64,000 nucleotides of DNA from an uncultured Rhodanobacteraceae bacterium (GTDB lineage Bacteria; Pseudomonadota; Gammaproteobacteria; Xanthomonadales; SZUA-5), in assembly GCA_937928755.1 (NCBI GenBank), contig CALEZI010000127.1:36098-100097 (forward strand). The letters run 5' to 3'. Positions 18,958 to 26,587 of this stretch are shown one piece after another. The notes beneath the pieces were generated by a model. That model ran no database searches. It was not told the origin of the DNA and saw nothing but the letters and a program-made list of their open reading frames with translations. The position numbers and the translations under genes were made by a program. Position 1 is the stretch's first letter, and each line of letters opens with the position of its first letter.

Positions 18958-20646
18958 TCACCCGCGCTGGGCGAGTGCCACGACCAGCACCAGGATCACG
19001 GTCACCCACAACGCCATGCTGCCGATCGGTGACGTGCGGGCGAGTGCGCCTCCCGGCTCGGACCAGCGCGTCAGGCGTTCGACCAGAGGCCGGCCACTGC
19101 GCTGCCAACGAGTGTCGATCAATTCCATCAGCGCGACCCAGATGCGCTCGACCCAGCCCGCAAGGCGCGGCAGCAACATGCGGTAGGTCCAGTCCAGATC
19201 GAGGCTGATGGTCAGCGTGCGTTGCATCGCCGGCAGCATGACGAAGAAGGCGAGGCCGGCGAACAGCAGCAACTGGAACTGGCTGACCAGATGCTCGCCG
19301 GTGTATGGCTGGTAATCGACCGGGTAGGGCAGCAGGCTGTAGAGCAGGCCAGGGAAGCAGCCGATCGCGATGCAGGCGACGGCGAACAGGATCATCGCTG
19401 CACGCATGTTCCACGGTGGATCGGCGGGACGCAGTCCGGAGTCCTTCTGGAAGAACACGAACCACGGGAACTTGATGCCGGCGTGCAGGAACACGCCGGC
19501 GGAGGCGGCGGTCAGCAGATACCAGACCCAGACCATCTGCTGGTCGGCGGCGGCCTGGCTGATCATCGACTTGCTGATGAATCCGGAGGTGAACGGGAAT
19601 GCCGAGATCGCCAGCGCGCCGACGATGCCGCAAAGGGTGGTGATCGGCATGCTCTGGTACAGGCCGCCGAGGTCGGTGCACTTGCGCTTGCCGGTCTGGT
19701 ACAGCACCGCGCCGGCGCTCATCATGAGCAGCGCCTTGTAGATGATGTGGGCGAAGGCGTGCGCTGCGGCGCCGTTGATCGCCATCTGCGTGCCGATGCC
19801 GACGGCGCAGACCATGAAGCCGACCTGGTTGACGATCGAATACGCCAGGATCCGGCGCATGTCGTTTTCCAGCAGCGCGTAGATGATCCCGTAGAACACC
19901 ATGTACAGGCCGATCCAGATCAGGACCTGCGCGCCCGGAAACAGCAGAATCAGCGCTAGCACCGCGGTCTTGGTGGTGAACGCGGTGAGGAACACGCTGC
20001 CGAACGGGCTGCCCTCGGGATAGGCGTCGGCCAGCCACGCGCTGATCGGCGGCGCGGCGGCGTTGATCAGCACGCCGATCAGCACTACCCAGGTGTCGAA
20101 GTTGTCGAGCACCAGCGGGCGCACGTCGATCGATCCGGTGTGGATCATCACGCCTTCGATGCCGATCTTCAGGATCACGCCGCCGACCAGGTGCATCAGT
20201 GCATAACGCACGCCCGCGCGGCGCGCCGCGTCGGTTCCGCCGCACCAGATGACGACCGTGGAGAACAGCGCCATGAACTCCCAGAACAGGAAGAAGGTGA
20301 TCAGGTCGCCGGCAAAACTGACGCCGACGGCGCCGGCCGCATAGGCGTAGCTGGCCGCTGTTTCCTGCCATTTCGCCTGACGCAGGCCGAACAGACCGCC
20401 GGCGAAGGCCATGATCGCGAATGCGGTCGCGAACAGCCGCCGCACCGGGCTGGCCTCGACCAGTTCGATCGGATAGCCGAGGAAGCCGACCGTCATCAGC
20501 ACGCCATCCGGCAACTGCCAGATCGCCCACAGCGTCAGCAACGGCGCAGCGAGCACCAGGACCGGGCGCATCCCGGGGCGCGCAACCGCGATCAGCAGCG
20601 CGCCGAGAATCAGGATGAAGGCGGGCGGAAAAGCCAGTTCAAGCAT
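18958..20646 (-). CDS. Proton-conducting membrane subunit, NuoL/MrpA-N-like or MrpD-like (third paralogue of the Mrp-like cluster)
   Basis: 562 aa, polytopic, with the NuoL/M/N family core (WLADAYPEGSPFGSVFLTAFTTKTAV...AYSIVNQVGFM...HAFAHIIYKALLMMSAG). Confidence 0.8.
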   Translation of the reverse strand: MLELAFPPAFILILGALLIAVARPGMRPVLVLAAPLLTLWAIWQLPDGVLMTVGFLGYPIELVEASPVRRLFATAFAIMAFAGGLFGLRQAKWQETAASYAYAAGAVGVSFAGDLITFFLFWEFMALFSTVVIWCGGTDAARRAGVRYALMHLVGGVILKIGIEGVMIHTGSIDVRPLVLDNFDTWVVLIGVLINAAAPPISAWLADAYPEGSPFGSVFLTAFTTKTAVLALILLFPGAQVLIWIGLYMVFYGIIYALLENDMRRILAYSIVNQVGFMVCAVGIGTQMAINGAAAHAFAHIIYKALLMMSAGAVLYQTGKRKCTDLGGLYQSMPITTLCGIVGALAISAFPFTSGFISKSMISQAAADQQMVWVWYLLTAASAGVFLHAGIKFPWFVFFQKDSGLRPADPPWNMRAAMILFAVACIAIGCFPGLLYSLLPYPVDYQPYTGEHLVSQFQLLLFAGLAFFVMLPAMQRTLTISLDLDWTYRMLLPRLAGWVERIWVALMELIDTRWQRSGRPLVERLTRWSEPGGALARTSPIGSMALWVTVILVLVVALAQRG

Positions 20647-20941
20647 CGTCGCGACGCTCCTTGGCCTCGGCAGCGGCGCTGTAATAGTCCTCGCGACGCT
20701 TGAGGAAGAAACCCAGAGCCTTGGCGAACAGCACCATGCCGACGCAGCTCAGGAATCCGAACGCGGCGTTGAAACCGAACCAGCCGTCGAAATCGAAGTA
20801 CGCATGCATGTGCACCAGCGCCTGCGCCAGTACGCTGGCGAGCAGGATCGCCGCGAACGCCCACCACAGGCGGCGTATGTTCGCCGGCCGGCTGAGCCAG
20901 GGCGTCGCGGGTGCATTGGCAGGCTGATCGGGTGCGCTCAT
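20639..20941 (-). CDS. Small 2-TM membrane protein embedded in the Mrp-like cluster
   Basis: MSAPDQPANAPATPWLSRPANIRRLWWAFAAILLASVLAQALV...FGFLSCVGMVLFAKALGFFLKRRE. The start overlaps the upstream stop (ATGA) and the 3' end overlaps the next gene by 8 nt. The 579-aa track ORF is a spurious extension. Confidence 0.6.
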   Translation of the reverse strand: MSAPDQPANAPATPWLSRPANIRRLWWAFAAILLASVLAQALVHMHAYFDFDGWFGFNAAFGFLSCVGMVLFAKALGFFLKRREDYYSAAAEAKERRDDA

Positions 20942-22401
20942 GGCAGGTTGACGATGGCCTTTTCGAGGCCGACCACCGGCCCGTTGAAGACAAAGAACAG
21001 GATGGTCAGCGTCGCCGTGGTCACCAGCGCGGCAACCATCGGCCACGGGGCTTCGCCGTGCTCGGTTTTTGGTGGCACGCTCTCCGGGCGGAAAAAGGCG
21101 CGCTGGATGATCGGCAGGAAATATGCGGCGTTCAGCGCGGTCGACAGGATCAGCACCGCCAGCACGAAGTAGAGATCGTTCTGGAAGGCGCCGGCGATCA
21201 TGTACCACTTGGACACGAAGCCCGCCGTCGGTGGCACGCCGACCATGCTCAGCGCACCGATGGTGAATGCGGCCATGGTCCAGGGCATACGCCGGCCGAT
21301 GCCGTCGAGCTGCGACAACTGGGTCTTTCCGGCGGCGACATAAACGGCGCCGGCCACGAAGAACAGGGTGATCTTGCCGAAGGCATGGGCAACGATGTGC
21401 AGCGCTGCGCCGATTTCGGCAAACGGCGTCAGCACCAGCGCCGCCATCACGATGTAGGACAGTTGGCCGATGGTGGAGTACGCCAGCATGCGCTTGAAGT
21501 TGTCCTGCCGCAGCGCGACCACCGACGCCGCGATGATGGTGAAGCCAGTCAGGTAAACCAGCAGGCGTTCGGCCGGGATGCTGGCGAGGAACTCGGTGCC
21601 GAAGATGTAGATGACCACCTTGGTCAGCGTGAACACGCCGGCCTTGACCACGGCGACCGCGTGCAGCAACGCGGACACCGGCGTCGGCGCGACCATTGCC
21701 GCCGGTAGCCAGCGATGCACAGGCATCACCGCCGCCTTGCCGACGCCGAGCACGAACATCGCCAGCAGCAGCGCCGCCTCGACCGGACCGACCTTGCCGG
21801 CGAGGATGCCGCCCTCGACGAAGTCGACGCTGCCGGCCAGATGCCAGGTCCAGACGATCGCCGGCAGCAGCAGGCCGATCGAAGTCGCCAGCAGGATGCC
21901 GAGGTAAATCCGTGCGCCTTGCACCGCGTTGCGATTGCCGGCGTGCGATACCAAGGGGTAGGTCGACAGCGTCAGCACTTCGTAGAACACGAACAGGGTG
22001 ACCAGGTTGCTGGCCAGTGCGACGCCCATGGCGCCGGTCAGCGCGATCGCGAAGCACACATAAAAGCGCGTCTGGTGCTGCTCGCGCTTGGCGCGCATGT
22101 AGCCGATCGAATACACCGAGGTGACGATCCACAGACCGCTGGCGAGCAGCGCGAACAGGATGCCGAGTGGCTCGGCGCGCAGCCCGAGCACGATGCCTGG
22201 CAGCGGTTCGGCCAGGCGCAGCAGCGGCGTGTTGCCGGCCTGCACGTCGCCGAGTACGCCGATGGCGCAGATGAAAAGACTGACCGCCGTGATCAGCGTG
22301 ACGCTCTCGCGCAGATTCGGGAAACGATCGCACAGCACGATGCCGACGGCGCCCAGCAGCGGAATCAGCAACATCCATTGCAGCGCGTCGCCGGCGCTCA
22401 T
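20938..22401 (-). CDS. mrpD: Mrp/Mnh subunit D-like (NuoN/M family) proton-conducting subunit
   Basis: MSAGDALQWMLLIPLLGAVGIV... 487 aa with the NuoM/N core (HRWLPAAMVAPTPVSALLHAVAVVKAGVF; AYSTIGQLSYIV). ATGA overlap with the upstream gene. Confidence 0.8.
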   Translation of the reverse strand: MSAGDALQWMLLIPLLGAVGIVLCDRFPNLRESVTLITAVSLFICAIGVLGDVQAGNTPLLRLAEPLPGIVLGLRAEPLGILFALLASGLWIVTSVYSIGYMRAKREQHQTRFYVCFAIALTGAMGVALASNLVTLFVFYEVLTLSTYPLVSHAGNRNAVQGARIYLGILLATSIGLLLPAIVWTWHLAGSVDFVEGGILAGKVGPVEAALLLAMFVLGVGKAAVMPVHRWLPAAMVAPTPVSALLHAVAVVKAGVFTLTKVVIYIFGTEFLASIPAERLLVYLTGFTIIAASVVALRQDNFKRMLAYSTIGQLSYIVMAALVLTPFAEIGAALHIVAHAFGKITLFFVAGAVYVAAGKTQLSQLDGIGRRMPWTMAAFTIGALSMVGVPPTAGFVSKWYMIAGAFQNDLYFVLAVLILSTALNAAYFLPIIQRAFFRPESVPPKTEHGEAPWPMVAALVTTATLTILFFVFNGPVVGLEKAIVNLP

Positions 22402-23873
22402 GGTGCGCTTCCGATCAACGCGCGCGCGGCCTGGTCGGCGATGCCGATGGTCAGGCGGGTGTCGATGCCGAACCACAGATTCGCCAGCGCCAGCAGCCAG
22501 GTCGGCAGCAACAGGCCGAGTGGTACTTCGCGCGTGTGGTCGCGCGATTCGCTTTGCTGGAACCAGGCGATCTCGACGATGCGCCAGATGTACACCACCG
22601 CCATCAGCGAACTGATCACAATCGCCGCGATCAGCACCCACCAGCCCTGTTCCAGCGCCGCCAGTATCAGGTACCACTTGCTGATGAAACCGACCGTCAG
22701 CGGCACGCCGATCAGGCTGAGGCCGCCGACAACGAACGCCGCCATGGTCCACGGCATGTCGCGCCCCAGTCCCTTGAGTTGATCGACACGGGTGCTGCCC
22801 ACGCGCCAGGCGATGCAGCCGAGCGCCATGAACAGCGCGCCCTTCATCAGCGCATGGTTGAACATGTGCAGCAGAGCTGCGGTCAGACCGAGCACCGATC
22901 CCAACGCCAGCCCGAGCGTGATGTAGCCAACCTGGGCGATGCTGGAATAGGCGAGCAGGCGTTTGGCGTCGGGCTGGCGGATCGCCACCGCCGAGGCCAC
23001 CAGCATGCCGATCACCGCGAGCACCATCAGGATCTGCGACAGCGGCAACTCGCCGAAGGAGAAGTGAATGCCGAAGATGGTGTAGAGGAAGCGGATCAGC
23101 ACATAGGCCGCCACCTTGGTCGCGGTTGCGGCCACCAGCGCGGTGACCGCCGAAGGCGCGTAGGTGTAGGCGTTGGGCAGCCACAGATGCAGCGGAAACA
23201 GCGCCAGCTTGAGGCAGATGCCGACCACCAGGAAGGCCGCCGCGGTGTGCGCGGTGCGCGTGCTCGCCACCGCCGGCAGGCGTTCGGCCAGATCGGCCAT
23301 GTTCAGCGTGCCGGTAAGCGCATACAACAGGCCAACCCCGATCAGAAAGAAAGTGGCGCCGATGGTGCCCATGATCAGGTAGCGGAACGCACTGGTCAGC
23401 GCGCGGCGGTCGCGACCGAGCGCAATCAACGTGTAGGTGGACAGCGACGAAATCTCGAGAAACACGAACACGTTGAAGGCGTCGCCGGTGGCGCTGATGC
23501 CGAGCAGCCCCGCGAGCAGCAGCATCATGGCGGCATACATGCCCGGCTGCTGCTCGGGGTCGACTTCGCGGCCCGCGCTCAGGCGGGCATAGGGCAGGAC
23601 CACCGCGGCCACCATCGCCACCAACAGTTGCACCATGGCATTGGCGGCATCCAGGCGATATTCGATGCCCCACGGCGCCGCCCAGCCACCCAGCGCGTAA
23701 CTGAGCTGGCCATGCACCTGAACCTCGGCCACCAGCCACAGCGCGATCGCCAACACGCTCCAGCTGACCGCCGTCGCCAGCGCCCACGGCGCGGTGGCGC
23801 CACGCAGCAGCACGAGCAGCGGCGCTGCCAGCAATGGAATGACGACGATCAGGACCTGCAGATGGACGCTCAT
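22398..23873 (-). CDS. mrpD: Mrp/Mnh subunit D-like (NuoN/M family) proton-conducting subunit
   Basis: MSVHLQVLIVVIPLLAAPLL... 491 aa with the NuoM/N core (HLWLPNAYTYAPSAVTALVAATATKVAAY; AYSSIAQVGYIT). The ATG overlaps the mrpC stop by 1 nt (TGATG). Confidence 0.8.
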   Translation of the reverse strand: MSVHLQVLIVVIPLLAAPLLVLLRGATAPWALATAVSWSVLAIALWLVAEVQVHGQLSYALGGWAAPWGIEYRLDAANAMVQLLVAMVAAVVLPYARLSAGREVDPEQQPGMYAAMMLLLAGLLGISATGDAFNVFVFLEISSLSTYTLIALGRDRRALTSAFRYLIMGTIGATFFLIGVGLLYALTGTLNMADLAERLPAVASTRTAHTAAAFLVVGICLKLALFPLHLWLPNAYTYAPSAVTALVAATATKVAAYVLIRFLYTIFGIHFSFGELPLSQILMVLAVIGMLVASAVAIRQPDAKRLLAYSSIAQVGYITLGLALGSVLGLTAALLHMFNHALMKGALFMALGCIAWRVGSTRVDQLKGLGRDMPWTMAAFVVGGLSLIGVPLTVGFISKWYLILAALEQGWWVLIAAIVISSLMAVVYIWRIVEIAWFQQSESRDHTREVPLGLLLPTWLLALANLWFGIDTRLTIGIADQAARALIGSAP

Positions 23874-24229
23874 CACGCCTCGTTGTCCATGCGCTGCAGT
23901 TGGTCTTCGTCGACCGTGCCGTAGGCTTCCTTGATGCGCAGCACCAGCGCGAGCCCAAGCGCGGTGGTGGCTACGCCGACCACGATCGCGGTGAGGATCA
24001 ACACATGCGGCAGCGGATTGGAGTAGACCTCCACGCCCTCGGTCAGGATCGGCGCGGCGCCTTCGAGCACGAAACCCAAACTGATGTAGAGGAAGAACAC
24101 CGCAGTCTGGAAAATGTTCAGCCCGACCAGTTTCTTGACCAGGTTGCCGCGCGAAATCACGGTATACAAGCCGACCATCATCAGTGCGATGACGATCCAG
24201 TAGTTGTAGAGGGCGAGTTCCGGGATCAC
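23873..24229 (-). CDS. mrpC: Mrp/Mnh subunit C (NuoK-like)
   Basis: 118 aa, 3 TM. NLVKKLVGLNIFQTAVFFLYISLG...PLPHVLILTAIVVGVATTALGLAL. Confidence 0.85.
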   Translation of the reverse strand: MIPELALYNYWIVIALMMVGLYTVISRGNLVKKLVGLNIFQTAVFFLYISLGFVLEGAAPILTEGVEVYSNPLPHVLILTAIVVGVATTALGLALVLRIKEAYGTVDEDQLQRMDNEA

Positions 24230-24645
24230 GTTCGAACCCTTTCGGCGAACAGCAGCGCCAGCAGCGCCATCGTCGACGCGACCGTGATGCAGACACCGAT
24301 CTCGACCAGCAGGATGCCGAAGTACTGTCCCGAGACTGGGGTGCTGCCGATCGGGTTGTAGTCGAGGTAATTGGCGCCGAGCGCGAGGCTGATCAGCCCG
24401 GTTCCCCCGTACAGCAGCACGCCGACGGCGGCCAACCCGCGCAGCACCGCAACCGGCGCCACGCGGCGGGTCTCGTCCGGTCCGAACACCAGCATGTGCA
24501 CGATCAACGCCGACGCCAGGATGACGCCCGCCTGGAACGCGCCGCCGGGCCCGAGCTTGCCGTGGAACACTACGTACAGGCCGAACAGCACGATCACCGG
24601 AATCAGGAACTTGGCGACCACCCGCAGGATCAGCGAATCGTGCAT
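24226..24645 (-). CDS. mrpB: Mrp/Mnh subunit B
   Basis: MHDSLILRVVAKFLIPVIVLFGLYVVFHGKLGPGGAFQAGVILA..., 139 aa. The ATG overlaps the upstream stop by 1 nt. Confidence 0.8.
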   Translation of the reverse strand: MHDSLILRVVAKFLIPVIVLFGLYVVFHGKLGPGGAFQAGVILASALIVHMLVFGPDETRRVAPVAVLRGLAAVGVLLYGGTGLISLALGANYLDYNPIGSTPVSGQYFGILLVEIGVCITVASTMALLALLFAERVRT

Positions 24646-25226
24646 CAGCGATTCTCCTTGCGGCGGATGCCGCCGATCAGCAGAAACACGCCCAGCCCGG
24701 CGGTGAACACCACGACCACCTCGCCGAAAGTGTCGAAGCCGCGATAACTGGCGAGCACGCTGGTCACCACATTGGGAATGCCGATCTCCTTGCCCGATTC
24801 CTCCAGATAGCGCGGCACCACATGCTGATGCACCGGATTCTCCGGGTGCCCGACTTTCGGCATGTCGAGCGTGCCGTAGACCAGTACAGCCGTGGTGACC
24901 AGGGTCAGGCTCAAAGGCAGCCACTGGCGTTCGACACGACGCTCGAAACGGCCGGTCTTGCTGAGTGCCATCAACATCAGCAAGGTCGACACGCCGGCGC
25001 CGACAGCGGCTTCGGTGAAAGCCACATCGGGTGCGTCCATTACCATGAACATGCCAGCCGACAGCAGGCTATAGGCACCGAAGACCATGACCACGGCCAT
25101 CAGATCGCGGCTCAGCGCGACGAAGATCGCGGTGATCAGCATGAAGGCCAGCAGCAGAATGATGAGCAGCGAGGCGATGGCAGCTATTCCTTGTTCTGTG
25201 CCGGTTCGCGCAGTCCGCTGGCCCAC
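24645..25226 (-). CDS. DUF4040 / MrpA-C-terminal-like (MnhB-related) membrane protein; start uncertain
   Basis: Core IAAIASLLIILLLAFMLITAIFVALSRDLMAVVMVFGAYSLLSAGMFMVMDAPDVAFTEAAVGAGVSTLL. No ATG lies near the expected N-terminus. Candidate starts are GTG 25226 (used here) or ATA 25187, which overlaps the mrpG stop. Confidence 0.65.
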   Translation of the reverse strand: MGQRTARTGTEQGIAAIASLLIILLLAFMLITAIFVALSRDLMAVVMVFGAYSLLSAGMFMVMDAPDVAFTEAAVGAGVSTLLMLMALSKTGRFERRVERQWLPLSLTLVTTAVLVYGTLDMPKVGHPENPVHQHVVPRYLEESGKEIGIPNVVTSVLASYRGFDTFGEVVVVFTAGLGVFLLIGGIRRKENR

Positions 25227-25492
25227 GCGGTGGCGGCCAGTGCGTGACACGCGGTCGGGCTGGTGAACAGCAGGAACACGAAGATCAGCAGCAGCTTGAC
25301 CGAGCCCAGCGTTGGTCCGAACCACCAGGCCAGCCCAGCGAGAAACAGGCCCGCCGCGAGCGTGTCGATGACGCCGGCCGCATGCAGCCGCGTGTAGAAA
25401 TGCGGGAAGCGCAGCAGGCCGATGCCAGCAACGATCAGCAGACCTGACCCGAGCGACAGCAGCAGCACCGCCAGTGCGTGCGAAATGCTCAC
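25184..25492 (-). CDS. mrpG: Mrp/Mnh subunit G
   Basis: VSISHALAVLLLSLGSGLLIVAGIGLLRFPHFYTRLHAAGVIDTLA... GTG 25492 overlaps the mrpF stop (GTGA). Confidence 0.8.
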   Translation of the reverse strand: MSISHALAVLLLSLGSGLLIVAGIGLLRFPHFYTRLHAAGVIDTLAAGLFLAGLAWWFGPTLGSVKLLLIFVFLLFTSPTACHALAATAWASGLREPAQNKE

Positions 25493-25767
25493 GATTGCGC
25501 CTCGTCGTCGCGCGACAATTTGCTGTTGCGGCTGTAATTCATCATCGCCACCATCGCAATGAAGTTGATCAATGCGTAGAGCAGCGCAATATCCAGGTAG
25601 TCGGCTCGCCCGGCGAAGGCGCCGAGCAGGGCGATCAACAGCACGGTCTTGGTGCCGAAACTGTTGACGGCGAGGATGCGGTCGTAAACCGTGGGCCCCA
25701 GCAAGGTGCGCGCGAGCGCGGCGCCCATCGCCACCAGAATGGCCACGCCGGCAGTCTCCAGAATCAT
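25489..25767 (-). CDS. mrpF: Mrp/Mnh subunit F
   Basis: 92 aa, 3 TM. TLLGPTVYDRILAVNSFGTKTVLLIALL. ATGA overlap with mrpE. Confidence 0.85.
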   Translation of the reverse strand: MILETAGVAILVAMGAALARTLLGPTVYDRILAVNSFGTKTVLLIALLGAFAGRADYLDIALLYALINFIAMVAMMNYSRNSKLSRDDEAQS

Positions 25768-26249
25768 GGCTGCACCTCCTCGACATCGCTGGGCACCAGC
25801 AAATCCAGCTGGCCGTCGCGTACAGCCTGGCCGGACGCCTGGGTCAGCGCGTGCACCAGCAATTCGTCGCCAGTCAGGGCGATGCTGACGGTACCCGGCG
25901 TCAGGGTGATCGAATTGGCCAGGATGACTTTCCCGAGGTCGCTGGTCTGGCGCATGCGAACACGCAGGAAGTGCGGCTGGATGGCATCCGCGCGCGGCGA
26001 CAGGATGGCACCGAGCACCTGCAGGTTGGAAATCACGATCTCCACCACCAGGCGCGCCCAGAAGCGCAACAAACCGAACGACATGTGGATCGGATGGCTC
26101 TCATGATCGATCGCGTCCATGCGCCGCGCCAGCCACAGCGTGAAGAGCACGCTGAACACGCCCAAGGCCAGCAACAGTGGCTTGGCAAAGCCCGACAGCA
26201 CCCACCAGAGGACGCCGAGCGAAAGGCCGAGGCTGATCGTGTGCTTCAT
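25764..26249 (-). CDS. mrpE: Mrp/Mnh subunit E
   Basis: MKHTISLGLSLGVLWWVLSG...ANSITLTPGTVSIAL. ATG 26249 chosen; the track ORF starts 22 codons earlier. Confidence 0.8.
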   Translation of the reverse strand: MKHTISLGLSLGVLWWVLSGFAKPLLLALGVFSVLFTLWLARRMDAIDHESHPIHMSFGLLRFWARLVVEIVISNLQVLGAILSPRADAIQPHFLRVRMRQTSDLGKVILANSITLTPGTVSIALTGDELLVHALTQASGQAVRDGQLDLLVPSDVEEVQP

Positions 26250-26587
26250 GATTCTGGTCGGTATCAGCGCGATCCGGAAGGGCTGTTCTGCAACGCCGCC
26301 CGTGCAGGCGACCACAGCCGCCGGAGGATAGCAGAGGGTGATTACGGTCTCGTGAGCGCCCGTTCAGGGTTGTGAAAATGGCTGGGCGGAGGCCGCGAAG
26401 GGCCATCGACCAGCAACAGCGGCGCCGCAGGCGCGGCGCCCTCCAGAAGCGCGCGGCTCGCAAGCTCAGCGCGAGGCTCGAATGCTTTTGGAGGGCCGCG
26501 CGCCGGCGCGGCCGCTTTCGGTCTGGGGGCGTGCAGTTCGAGTTCCACTCAGCCATCATTCGATGATTGACCAATCGTGAATCGCCC

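Noticed and set aside
20639-24296. Track ORFs of 579, 1006 and 632 aa in the Mrp region, and likewise 545 aa (3399..5036) and 953 aa (5599..8460) in the Wsp region
   Set aside because: Their N-terminal parts are out-of-frame read-through of the upstream gene, with Arg/Pro-rich nonsense translations. The real starts are the ATG/GTG codons that overlap the upstream stops.
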